64,000 bases of DNA, taken from assembly GCA_964035545.1 (NCBI GenBank), contig OZ037766.1, positions 4,702,722 through 4,766,721 on the forward strand. Direction: 5' to 3'. A model generated the notes under the pieces. It saw only the letters and a program-made list of their open reading frames with translations, did not search any database and was not told the DNA's origin. Within the stretch, counting starts at the first letter, position 1. The number at the start of each line of letters is the position of its first letter. Positions 50,991 through 64,000 of the stretch are shown here, in pieces. A program made the translations under genes and the position numbers. Source of the stretch: Bugula neritina (Eukaryota; Animalia; Bryozoa).

Positions 50991-53520
50991 GCTGTTCAGA
51001 TAGTAACAAATTTTAGGCCAGTAAAATCTTTAAGATTTAGGGTGGCTGTAAAAGATGCAAATAAGCATAAGGGAAAACTCTTGCAAAAATAAACAAGCAT
51101 ACATTAAATGAATATTATGTTTCCTGGAGGTATAATTTACTGCTCTGAGGAGGAACTGGCACTCTTCATTGGAATCTTATTCAAGGAGTTTTGAAAATAG
51201 GTTATAAGCCACTAATTACTCAACTTTGCTTTGTCAGCTTGAAATATTTTAGAATAAACTTCAATTGAGCTAAAAATTTCTTTATTGGCAATATTGTCCT
51301 GTATAGTAATCAATCATTATTCATTGATCATGCATTGTGTTAATTTTGTATATTTTCATTCACTGAGTATTTTCATTTGGCGGGGCGCAGAATGCAAGTC
51401 TTTGTGTATGTGATTGGTTGCAGCCCGTGAATGATACTGCAGTGCTTTCAAACTAGAAAGCTGTGCAGAGCTGAAGTATAATTTCTTCCTACTTGGTTAT
51501 TCTAATAGTTTTACATCTAATACGCTTGAAATTTTTATTTGATATACCGTTGTCCAACCCACGAATACATAATTTGGCTAAGTCATATAACATTCTTAGC
51601 TTTTCAAATTATTCCAAAATTAAAATGTGGTACAAAGTCCTAAACAAAAAATGGAATTCTGGGAAGTGCTGTGAAAAAAAATTACTCGTGTAGCCAATAG
51701 AATTTGAAGATTTGAGACCCACCTGCTCTACACTCTACAAATGAAAGAAATAACAGACTTTCAGAGTTGGTAAATGATAATCCTAATTTCTTAGCAATTC
51801 TACAGGTTTTATGAAATGCAACTGTTTTTTTTAAACTGAAAAAAACATGTTAGTATTAAAATTGGTTATATTCAACAACCATAGGAGTTGCTTTTAGCTT
51901 ATACTAATCTTCATTACTGTTACTCATAGTTCTTATATTTGTTGTTTGCTCTCGAATGTTCTTACTACACTTTTGGCTATTAAACTAATATAATTAATAC
52001 CTTTATTTTATACCAATCATTACCTTTTTGGTTTTTTTTATATATGAAAAATACCAAATTCTTTACACATAATTGTTTTGCCCTGCAACCAAGTCTCACA
52101 TTTGCTGTAAGTCATAAATATTTATTAATTTATTTCGATTAGAAAATGTGAAGTTATTGGATTTAATGTAAACTGCTCTAAAATGTAAAGTTGTTAAATG
52201 TGTGTTCAAACTAAAATTACTTTATATCTCATGGAAAAGGACTTCACTCTATGACTTCTAGGAATAGTATTGCTGTCTCATCAGTAGCCAAGTTGTTAAC
52301 ATAATATTTGAAGAGGGATGCTTTTGAACATAAATCTGAAAGTGTGCAATTTATAATGAGAACTGAAGACTCCACAATTCTTAGATTTAAAATCTAAGCT
52401 GTTGGTATGAAAGGGTAATAAATAATTAATGGAACGATGATACCGTTTCAAGAGCAATTTTGAATGATTACTGAAATTATGGATTTAGACTAAATTGCCA
52501 ATAGCGTCTCTTGTACTTACAGCATTGCAAAAATGTACATGTATAGTTTCCTATTATTTACATGATTATAGATAGAGATATTTTGAAAAAGTTGTTCCAC
52601 AGCCCAAGCTTCGTGTATTTTGAGCATGCTCCCGTCGATATGCATTTTAACTCTGGGGTCTCGTACATTATTGACGGAAGACTGAAACTCAGGAACACAC
52701 TAGCTTTTACATGCTGATATGGGCGTTTTCCAGCATTGATGTGATGTAATAAATATGTGCTTACCTGGATGCTTACACAAGACCTAATTATCCTAGAATT
52801 CTGATAGAGAAGTTGTAACTGGAGTCAAATCACTTCTGTAGAATAAATATAACACCAACATGTAGCTGTGTCCAGTTTCCTGAGAACCGAACCTTGTCCT
52901 ACGCCTGTAATCTGGTCAGGTGGTGCAAGAAGTCTTCGGGTGGTTTATTTGAGAAGATTAGTTGGCATCAGATAAAATTATTTTTGAAAAGTTACAGCAT
53001 CTATAATGATTTGCTAAACTATCATTTGTAGAGGCTTAAGTTTATTGAAGTTATCTGCACATACAAATTTTGACTGAGATTTAAAGCTTTATAACCACCA
53101 TCACTAGGTATAGTCATGATTTTATTCCCAACTTAAGTGTAATTGCTGAAATATAGTAAGTCTGCGTATCTTATAAGCTCTCAATTAGCACAAGTTTAAT
53201 AGCAACAAGAGAAGACAACTCTGTTTATAGAAGTTCAGCAGAAGACAAGAGACGATTAACATGGAATAAACTGGTGTGTTGAAAAGAGGTTGGGATAGTT
53301 TTCTTCACACTCATAGAAGAGGTTTTTATCTTAAATGTTAGCTGATCTACACGCTGCATAATATGTTCTGATGGACCGTAATAAATTCAATATGGGAATT
53401 TAGTTTTAGTGTTCCTTCATGTTTGATAAAAGCTATTTAAATATACTTTTACTTTCAAAAATTTGTAGTTTTTGAACAGTTTTAGTATGCAGAAGTTATC
53501 AAATCTTTGAATCAGAGCCA

Positions 53521-53870
53521 AGTGCTACAGTACTTGCTGCCTTACTGTATGGTGCCGAGACCTGGAACATATACAGTGTGCAAGTTGACAGGCTGCAAGC
53601 ATATGTCATGTGACATCTACTCTCAATCAAGGATATATCTTGGAGGGACAAGATTACTAGCCAAGAAGTACTAAAGAGAGCTAGTTTAACATCTTTAAGA
53701 TCTACCCTCATTCAGATGAACTTGAGATGGCTAGGATATCTTGAGAAGATAGGCCATTGTCGTTTGCTTAGACGACTCCTTTATTCAAAGATTTAAAAAC
53801 ACCATTAAGTGAAATATGAAGAAGATATATATGGAAAGCTATAGCTGGCAAAAAAGGCTAAATATAAAGA
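53521..53870 (+). mobile_element. RTE-clade LINE fragment (C-terminal part of the ORF), degraded
   Basis: Frame from 53524 reads ATVLAALLYGAETWNIY...M*HLLSIKDISWRDKITSQEVLKRA...IQMNLRWLGYLE...RLLRRLLYS, matching the RTE motifs LLYGxETW, WxDKVTNxEVL and LRWxGH. In-frame stop and a deletion are present. Confidence 0.88.
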
Positions 53871-55675
53871 GAAGTCTCATAAGATCAAATTGATAACAGT
53901 CATTTGTGTAAGTTTTAGGCTGCGAATTGCTAGACACAAAATGCTTGCAATAATTTCCAACATTTTTGTTTCTAGTTGGTTAGCTAATCCCAGACACATC
54001 GGTTATAAAGCCTATTAACATCTAAGTGACATGTTGTATAATTTATAGAAAGTTATACCATGCATTATTAATGAGATACTGCAGACACAGGAGTACACAG
54101 CACCTACATGGTATATCAGGTTTATTCAGCTGTGTGAAAATACTTTTGGGTGACTACTTACTACTTACGCTATAAGTGATGTGAACATATTTACCTGAGG
54201 ACCAGATGTGGTGTATCTAATATAGATAACCAATATATATTTTAGTATATATTAATTAGAATAGAATGAGACCCCCCCCCCCACACACTCCCATAGATGA
54301 GATGTTTCAATCACACAAGGTTTTTGCCAGAAAGTTGCTGTAGACCTACATCCTTTAAAGTGAAAATAAAATATGAAGGCTGAAAGTTAAAATAAGTCAC
54401 CCAGTGATTGTTGGATCTTAGGATATTTGTATATTCTGCAATGAAACCAGTGTTGTGCTTTTGACTTAATTATTATACCATTTTTGAATAGTAGATATCT
54501 AAAAACATTGTTAAATAAATGTCATTGCAGCTTATTAAATATATAAGTGTAATTCTCATGCTTATTTATGGCTTGACTTTCTACCAATAAACTGGTTTAA
54601 AACATGTGGGCAGTCTTGCTTTTCACTATTGGAAGTTGAGAAAAATAGATTCAAATAATATTAAAAAAGAAAACATTACTCTTTAGAGGAATCAAATTTC
54701 GAACTGGCAAATGAGGATATACTAATAGAGTGGTATAAATTGTAAATTTGTTGATGGACTTTGATGCCAATGCTAAAAATTAAATGAGGACACATCATTT
54801 ACTGCTCATTTGAAAGATTTACAAGTTTACAAGAGAAGATAATTCTATGTAAAGTGCTCCTGAATATAAATAATACTACAATATTGACTGCTCAAGTAGT
54901 ATATATAATATAATCTGATATCAATCTTGTAAAACAGTAAGCCTCTGATTTATTTAACCAATTATGCTACGTGTGCTGCACTGAAACACAGCCTAATTCA
55001 CACTTATGTACATTAGACTTACGCAGGAATACTGCTTTTGCTGTGGTATTTTGCCAGATTAATCTATATTCACTAATGTAGTATTGGTTGAAGCTAATTG
55101 AGTTAGACATATAATATGTTAAAATGTTGTATTTTATTTAATATATTGCTGTCAATATTTATATGAATTTTAGACTGCAGTTCTCACAATGGAATTATTT
55201 TTTGGAAGCGTTTAGCTGTTCAACATTGAAAAGTCATCTTGGTGTTATTTTTCTAATGTCAATAATAAAATCTAAGCCCTATTATAATCGTGTTTATGTA
55301 GCCAGAGTTTCTTACTTTGTCTGTTTACTTTATGTGGGCCGCTACCAAGGGCCACAATACAGTAAATGTTAGATCTCTAGATACCCTGTGCTAATGCAGC
55401 CAACACAAACCTGCAGTCTATTGGTTTAGATTCAATTTCATTTTCATTGCTTACTGATTGAGTTGTTGAGTTTAATACAGTCTTTGTGTTATTAAGTTGG
55501 TAGCTAAGGACCGGCTGTATGCATTCTTATATTAACAACAAAACCTTTTCACATTAAAATCTCTTCTCGGGTCAATTAATCAGACTTTCACACTCATGCA
55601 TTTCTGTGTCATAGGATTTTCGACAGCTATTAGAGGATAACATTGGCAAACTTTCGTGTGGCTGTTGATGACACA

Positions 55676-58600
55676 ATGTGGAGGTATTTGGCTTTCATCA
55701 CCCAGGTGTCAGGTTTTCTACTACTGACACATAGTTTTACTGCTAAAGCAGGTATGCAGAGATATTTATAGTCTTATAGATATTCCTTTGTTGTTAAAGT
55801 TATAGAATACAGTACAAAGTTTACTAGTGTTACATGAATTGTTGATGATAATATGCTTTTGTTTATATTTTCATGTTCATAACTCAGTCTTGTAGTAGCC
55901 AATCTATTCTAACCTTCATATTTTATATCTGGTTTAACTGAGTAGCTGTGAGAAATGTGTATAGCCATTCCAGTTTAGTAATATTTCTAGGGTGTGGTTA
56001 GGTATTGGACATAGTTGCTTAGTCTATTTCAGTGGTTTGTATAATTACCACCAACAGCCAAGATCTTTAACTTCAGTTCCATGATTGTTCTTTAGTCTAA
56101 AAGTCTGATGTTATATCAGCCAAACTGTAATGCATTAATAGAATTGAAATATCTAAAAGAACTGTAACCTATTTTTTACAACTTGAATATAATTACATTA
56201 CCTTGAGTTGTAAAACTGGATAAAAATAATTGCAATAATAGTCAACCTTTCAATAAATGTTTGCTCGTAGATTAAAAATACGTAACACAGCGGTGGTTAA
56301 AAATTAGTTTTCTAAATTGCCTTGTTCCCCCAGCTTTACCTAAAGTAATTTCAAGAATTGTTTGCTAATAGTCAGTATATAATTATATTATCATTAAAAA
56401 ATGGTAGTTTTGTTCCTCTCTGACTTGAAATGGCTGGTCAACTTCATAAAAAATGGTTTCTTTTCTGTGAGGTAATAATAACTTTGCTGTGAATGGCTGG
56501 TGTTAGAGCAAGAAGCCAATGGGCAATGACCTCTGTTGAAACTGGCTGATTTTTTCCCATTTCAAAGGAGCAAATATAAAAGCCATTTTCAATATAATAA
56601 ATAAAATTCAACTTCTGAGATCATTCAGTTTCATCCAACTATATTTTATATAAAATTATACGATGAACTCATAAGCTATATATGTGTGGTTATTGCCTTT
56701 ACTACTTGTTTACTGTTCATCCTATTGTTTATTTTATGCATAATTCTTCTACCTACTTACACTACCTCTATTTACACTATCTCTACTTACACTATCTCTA
56801 CTTACACTATCTCTACTTACACTATCTCTACTTACACTACCTACACTTACACATCTATACTTACGCTATCTCTACGTATATTCTATACTTTTATACAAGT
56901 CTACATGTAGCAAAATGTTAAGCAGTTTTAGAATTCTATACAGAAGCAAGTTTCTATAACTTGAAAGTTAGATTTTCAATCTGTTTGGTACATACATTTA
57001 TAGTTTTATCATTTAATTGGGAATGAGTCATTCCATTTCTTGCAGTTGGTTTGAATATTTAACTTAATACAATAGTTTATTTTACAGTTTGTAATATAAT
57101 TTCTATCAAGTATTACATAATATATGATTTATTTATAATAACATATTGTTGAGCTACGCATCATGATTTCTAGATGCTGACAATGCAACTACGACAATGG
57201 AAGCATCTGAGGAGAACGCTATCACAGCTCTATTTGGAAGCACGACTCTAGCACCAGTATGTACAAGACTACGCCACTAGTAATATAGTCTGTATACTAT
57301 ATAGTATCCATTAATATTCAGCCAGTGGGAGATGAAAATGCATGTTGCTATCTTCGTAGGCAGATCTAAGTTTATAAATCCATCTTTTATACTCTATTGA
57401 GGGGCTCTGCAGGCTAATTATGCATCAAAACCAATGCAGATATATACTTCATTATATAAGTATATACTATATACTATCATACTGATACCTGCCCTTTGAA
57501 ATTTAATAACTACTCTTTTTGTAGTAAATGTCAGATAAGTGGGCAAGCTTATAATTTTGGAAGGTTGCATTTCTGTTGATATATATAGAAATCTCCTTGT
57601 TTCTCCAATATGCATTGCTATATTAGATTGTTCAACAATTTTTCTATTATAATTACCTTTGGGTGACACACTTCAAGGAAAGTCACTGTTTTTATTATTG
57701 ATTGAGTTTTCAAATTGTTTCAGTCATACATTCTATATGTTTCAAGTTTGAATAGTTTATGCATTTCACAAATACAGTGTATGTATTTTTATTAATGTTT
57801 TGTGACTTTATCAGAAATTGTCCCCCTAATGTTTGCAGCCTACTGTAGTCCCAGAAGTGGTCACAACCCTTCTGCTGATTGGTGGTTGTGGATTATTCGG
57901 GCTAGCCTTAGCCAAGCTAGGTGACTGGTGCTATGATCGCCGTATGGCCACTAGAGATGACATCAGCAACGCTAGCGAGTATACCAAGAATATTCTACGA
58001 GCCAGGTGAATGGCTGAACTCAGCTGTAATATTTCCCAACTAATTTTTGTTGGTAATCCAGTAGACTGTAGTGAACGCCATATGCTCTAAAATGTGTAAA
58101 ACCTGCATTCGATCATTCCTTTAAACTCAATACAGTATTTGTTTAATTTATTTTATAATTTTTATTAGTTTTGTATTTTAATTATGTAAGTTAGTGAGCT
58201 GATTGTTAGGTGTTATAGACTAGAGAAGAGAGTGAGATGAATATATTTTTGCCTCTTTATGACAGAGAGTTGTCGTTGTGCGTGTAAAATTGACTGCCAT
58301 GTAATGTTTTGCTAAAGTTGTGTTTGGTTTGATTCCCTTTTACTAGACTGGGTGAGGTGAAGTCACTATTGAGAGCAAGGTATACGGTATAAGCTGTGAA
58401 TTCTCTTTATTATAGCCCTGCATAGCTGCTAAACGTTGAAGGATAAATTTAATGACGTACTCAATGCATGACTGTATTTGTCTTCCTGTATTGATCACTT
58501 TTTATTAGAAGTTAATACACTTTTACACTAGCTAAACACTGCTCCAAATTGATTGTTACCACAATTTCAATAGTTTGTCTTTCAGCAAGTTATTCAACTC

Positions 58601-60310
58601 TCGGACTGTATTAAGAATTCAACTCAATTCTTTTTAATCAATACCCTTGCATATGATCTGAGTAAATTCTAAGAAGCGTTATGCAATACTGAACTAGCTG
58701 ATTACTCACATTTACACTGCTTGCCTTATTTTACCTGCCACTGGGATATTTCGTCTAGCTGAGACATTTTAGTTTTATACTACATTTATTTCTACCTGCT
58801 GCATTTTTCTAATACCGGTTAGTGAGTAGTGTTTTTGCTTTTTATTTTTTATAAATGTTTCAAAACTGAACCTAAATCTCAATGTAAATATTATTTTACT
58901 CGCTTATAGACTGGCAGTAATGAAAATGAAAGGTGAGCCGGCCACAGATGATGACAAAGTGGCGAAGGCGGCAGCGTCAGCATGGATTGGTAATACAGTC
59001 AACCATAAAGACAAGCAGACGAATAACCCAGCTGACACAGAGCCCAAGGTAATAATATGGGGTTATGTGCCCGTGCATAGGGTGTCTGCAAAAACTGTTA
59101 AAACTCATTCCAAGCCTCATTCCAAGAATAGATTTTTCATTGAATGCTTGGAAATAGTTGCATCGAATGAAATCACAACCATAAGCTCATACAAACCACA
59201 TATTCATCCGTAGAGCATCCATTCCCATGGAAATGCAGTGATTGCAGCACCCATAGGTATCTGTATTGGTGCCGGGAAATTAGTTATTCAACTTTGCAGC
59301 TCACTCAAAGGGTGTCAGGGGATTGAGCATGAGCTAATAGCCATTGATATTTGTCTCAAGAGCTCATTAACTGATGGGAAATAAACTCCAACCATCTATC
59401 TCAGCTGGTTATCAATTAATGCTTTGAATAGCCAACAATGAATGACTTAATTTTAGTCAGAAAAAGAAAAACTTGACCAGCTAAGCTTTTATTTATCAGA
59501 CTCTTTATGTTATCCCTACATTTGTGTAAGTTCAGGGTTTTGATTCCATCACATAATTGTTGCTTAGTGCATTTTGAAGATGAAACAATCGCTATGATTA
59601 GTTATTCACAAGCATTTTGTCTCCTTTCTGGTCAATGATGATCTCTCCAAAGTTTAGGCAGGCACAATGATTTAATGACATTACATTATCTTGATATATA
59701 AAGAATAAGTTACTGAAAAGTCTTCACTCAAAAGTGTCTTCAGAACAAAACCAATACATTCATAGACTTTGTGTTGTATCTTCGCAAGTATTGTAGTAAT
59801 CCTGATATCACAAGATTTATAAAATATTATATACTATTTAGAATAAGTCTCGTTCAATACTGTGCATTATGTTAAACATCATAATAGTAATATCTTAAAT
59901 AATTTTTATAGATTTACTACAAGTTTGCAATATATGCCCAGTTTTCAGCATTCAGGGCCAGCGATTAATTAATACAAATATTTTCTGTATAACTGTACTG
60001 AGTTGTGTTGCAGGAAGCAACTGAAGTTAAAGAGGCAAGTGAAGATGTGGAGGCCGGTGTGACCACCCCTACCACAGACGAGAGAGCTGTAGAACAAGAA
60101 GCTATACAGACTCCACCAACTATAGTTACACCGACAGATACACCAAAGGTTGGGGCTCCTATGCCCTCTCCCCTAATTAATAACAAAGTATTTCCAGTTC
60201 CAGCAACCATTGAGGTGAAGGACGAGACTCCAAAGACTCGGGCTAATGCCTTGCCTCCTCTCCGATCACCTCTAAAATCAATAAATACACCAATCAGGTC
60301 TACCCGATAA
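55676..60310 (+). CDS. Unknown type-I single-pass membrane protein, ~253 aa (264 with the microexon)
   Basis: Exons 55676-55751, 57174-57256, 57839-58005, [58347-58379], 58910-59048 and 60014-60310 are phase-compatible and open. Signal-peptide-like MWRYLAFITQVSGFLLLTHSFTAKA, short Thr-rich ectodomain with an NAT sequon, TM segment VVTTLLLIGGCGLFGLALAKLG and a Pro/Thr-rich tail. No family recognised. Confidence 0.72.
56748..56880 (+). repeat. 15-bp minisatellite (CTATCTCTACTTACA)
   Basis: Directly visible; explains the YLHYL and TISTY ORFs. Confidence 0.92.
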
Positions 60311-60685
60311 GTTCTACTCACTGCTGTGCGCCATGTTAGTGTGACATCATCTTCAGAACTGTTGGATGATGGGTATTTCTACCTTGATCTCTTCTTGCAC
60401 TACACCCATAGCTGTGTTGTCAGTGGACTTCCTTGGAGTACAGGACATTTAGAGTTTCGTTCTAGTTTTAAGTAAACCCAACGCCGACACACTAACTGTT
60501 GAAGGAATTGTATTATAAAAGAGACTAGATGGTTTCACCTTCAGTATGTCTCTTTAGTTTTATTGTTGAAAATAATTTTCCAAAGTATTTTTCTACAAGC
60601 TTCCAATTGTTGGTCTTAGCTGTTAAACAAATTGAACTTTATAAGTTAAGTGTGGAGCTCAACATATGAATCGAACTGTTGTATA

Positions 60686-60743
60686 ATATGCATACAGCAG
60701 TGTTAGTATATGCATACAGCAGTGTTAGTGTATGCAGGCAGCA
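60686..60743 (+). repeat. 22-bp tandem repeat (~2.5 units) in the putative 3' UTR
   Basis: ATATGCATACAGCAGTGTTAGT twice plus a degenerate third unit. Confidence 0.85.
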
Positions 60744-62119
60744 TACTAAGTACAACGAACTGGCTGGCTTAGCACCTCTCTACTGCTATTCATACCCTCT
60801 GTACAACGTCCATTGAAAGGTGCTATTTCATTTCATTATGTCTAAATTATCCCTCTATTAGCTTGACTGTACAACTATTTTGTGCTTCTATACGTATGTT
60901 TACTGAAGTGTAGAGCTCCATTATGCAATATTCTTGTTTACATAAACATACTAAAATAATACAGCAAGTTGCTGAGAAAAAACTCTTGTTTCTATTGTTT
61001 AATGAACTAAATATTATAAACATACTAATATAATGAGCCATTGAAATGCAGCACGCAAGTCAGTTTATACAAGGGGTCTACTATATATGCTAATTCTCAT
61101 TCAATATCCTGTATATATACACTGCCTTCAATTGAGAGACCAAAGAGTCCTAGTTTATGTAATAGAAATTTATTCAATATGAAATGATAAAAGTATTAAT
61201 GCTGAACTACAAGCTATTTTTACTCTTTACGTCACTGTACAAGTTTTATTTACTCTGAAGAAAGCACCAAGTTTTACTAAATTCTTGGTGTTGAATTATA
61301 CATACTTGTAGTACTCTTCTATATTATAAAATGCTAAAAGCAGAAATTATTAAGTTAGCATAATTTAATTGTTAGTTATCATAAGCCGTTTTAATGCATA
61401 GGAGGGTCGTGTGATGCATGCTAGAAGAAATAATAGAGTGATCACTCCTAGTTTTTGGGTAAGATAACTTCGAAAAAATAACTTGTTGGATTCTGGCGGA
61501 ATCGAATTTTTCTGCAAAATTTTCCAGATGTATTGTACATTTTATTCGAATGCATGAAGTTGATATAAATAAAACATTTCAATGTTGCATATAATAAAAT
61601 TCACAGCTTCAAATCTCGTAGAAAAGATTGTTAAAAGTTTGTAACTAAACTAATTTCCTAGAAATGGATATACAAAAATTCAAAACACATATAATGTATA
61701 TAACAGTACCATCATGGAATTTCATACAAGTAAATAATATTAGGTAGTAAGGAATAGGTAGGACACAATACTTTTGATTCTTGCATAAACAATTTTTTTT
61801 AAAACAGTAAACCATTGCAAAAAATATAGGATTATACAACATATATAGTGTGTAGCATATCTAGTGTAAAGTATATAATATAGCATTAATAGCATATTAT
61901 AGAGTATAGCTGGTTTTGAATATATGAGTTAACATTAAAAACTGTTGAATAAAAGCAGACGACATCTCTACACTATACACTAACATCACAACGTCTAAAT
62001 TGTGTTTAGCTCAAGTCAAACATAAAAAATCTTTAAAAAATATGATTAATACATTGTATAATATAATACAGGCTTGGATAATAGCAGGTCTGAAAAAATG
62101 ATAGAAACTCTATGAATAG

Positions 62120-63848
62120 CTAAGCGTTGCACCGAATCATAACCTTGATTGCACCTGAATCTGGCGAGTAGGCACACTGGAAGGCCTCCTCAGACTCCTT
62201 AAGAATAAACTGGTGAGATATAAGGACCTCAGGCTTTATTTTTCCGGAGCTCACCATTGCTATAGCCTTAGGGTAACTAAAATATGAGACATTATAGGTT
62301 GTAAAAACAATAGTCTTGTACAAAATCTTTATATTGATAAGGAACTTGCTTAGCTTAGAATACAATTTTCTTTCAATTATATTCAATAAGTGAATGTCTA
62401 TCATCCAGTGAGTTGTCTATTTAGTAAGTGACATTTAGATCAATAATTTTAGCAAAAAGCCAGTAAAACGATCACCATAATTATTAAAAAATTTGCTATA
62501 GTGTAATTTCATATGAAGTTTAATTCAAATATAGAAATATTAGGTAAACATTAACTTGGAACAAGGCGATTTATTCAAATTAAATGCTTGGAGTCAACAC
62601 ACTATTTGATAATTGAGGGCAGATAACTTCAAATACAGTTGAGTATTTTACTACAACGACTTAACTTACATACTGTCTTAGAGTGTAAATAATAGAATTT
62701 TTTGACAAGATTTAAATTATCACTCTACTTATCGTACTGTATATACTACTTGCTACTAAACATTGAACTAGTTATATAAGACAAACTGGCTGAGTAACTA
62801 TAACCTAACACATACATATAGAAACTTTAAACAGTCATTCATAACCTCTATTGCACCAAATACGAAGCAACTGTAAAAGTTATGTTATTCATGGTAAAAA
62901 ATATCAGCATAAAATGAATAAAAACTATATTTAAAATCAAGTTTCAAGCAGGATAGAGGACACAAGACGTCTTACCAATTGGCGTATCTAAAAACACCTC
63001 TGATGTCAATCTCAAAAGTAGCAGCATCGACCAATGGAACAGAAGGTTCTTTACTTCCTCTACCTACCAGCACCACACTTCCTCCAGGTCTGGTAGACTA
63101 CAAGCATATATTGAGTTAGAGTCATATGTGTATGTTATTAGGTAGTGTACAACACTTGCAGTGCTACGATATACTGTATCTTTAAATAATTCATTACAAA
63201 GAGACTATTTTTGAGGTCAAAAGAAAAATAACTATAATTCAATATTTATCATTGAAGTAAAAATCATTCAACCAATCTAAAAATAATGAAGAGTTGTCAC
63301 TCCTATAAAAATAAGTTTCAATTTATTTGTAAACTTTAGTAGTATAAAAACAGCTATTTTATTTTCAAATTTCAAATTTATCCAATTGATTTAATTAAAT
63401 AAATATATTGTTAATCCGGTTAAAAAAATTAACTTCTCAACATAGAGAAAAATTAGCTCAGTTCTATTTCTAGCAAAAGGCTATATCATCGAATTTAGAA
63501 CAAACTAAGAATAGTTGAGTGAATACAAGATTAACTCATAAGGTTATTTAGAAAAATCAAAAGGATAATTTGGCAATGGGAAGTGCAACACATATAACAT
63601 AGAGGATGAATACCCTCCCACTACCCGAACAGGACAGAGTAGAGATTAGGTTAGGTTAGGACTACATACGTGAATACCAAGCGAGACTGAGCTATCGGCA
63701 CCACTACACTCTATAGTAGCGTCAACACGGAGGCAAACCGCTTTGATTTCTTTCCCACAATCCTCCATACTTGATGATCTGTCCTTCATGTTCATGACAT
63801 GGTCACACCCAAGCGTCTTAGCGAGTGCGAGCCTGTTCTCTGATATAT
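62120..63848 (-). CDS. SORD: Sorbitol dehydrogenase, last three exons (gene continues beyond the window)
   Basis: Exons 63848-63670, 63097-62976 and 62276-62120 give [14 protein letters not shown]...DATIECSGA...[11 protein letters not shown]...[26 protein letters not shown]...AIKVMIRC*, the typical SORD C-terminal half. Confidence 0.93.
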
Positions 63849-64000
63849 CTATTAGCGCATGTGTTATAAATTTACAACATGAAGTTGTCACAACATCTTT
63901 TAAATGGTTACTAGAAGTTGAAGTTGGAAAAAGCTTTATGAACAAGTCGCTGAAGGTAACAAGTATTTGAGCAGCTATAAGCAACAAAAACTTCAAACAG

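Noticed and set aside
62600-62745. Tc1/mariner-type MITE (TACAGT...ACTGTA; similar short motifs near 24687 and 58605)
   Set aside because: The inverted match is only about 6 bp; boundaries cannot be supported without a genome-wide repeat search.

Overview
AT-rich, intron-containing animal (invertebrate) genomic DNA. A lophotrochozoan source is my guess and cannot be confirmed from this window. Exon models were spliced by hand using GT-AG sites, phase checks and total length divisible by 3. Intact genes: a divergent dachs-type (class-20) myosin (15234/19460-30268, +) with an intronic initiator tRNA-Met; a U2 snRNA (-); PEX26 (+); an NCOA5-like protein with RRM and CCCH zinc finger (+); a PX-domain protein (-); an unknown single-pass membrane protein (+); and the 3' half of sorbitol dehydrogenase (-). 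The first ~10 kb are decayed copies. One is a 3'-truncated dachs pseudogene with an internal deletion, a quadruplicated splice donor and a nonsense codon. The other is an SAFB/SLTM-like pseudogene whose introns are collapsed to 9-35 nt stubs. Together they fit a ~26-kb tandem duplication with reciprocal gene loss. The most unusual signals are: (i) 6-bp-periodic, palindrome-rich tracts near the 5' ends of three genes, including an old inverted duplication whose promoter-proximal arm is about three times longer than its partner; (ii) deletion scars in the SAFB copy that hug splice sites; (iii) loss of the switch-II glutamate in the dachs motor; (iv) a CCCH finger in NCOA5. No CRISPR or prokaryotic system is present. 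Most short ORFs in the supplied track are intronic or repeat-derived noise.
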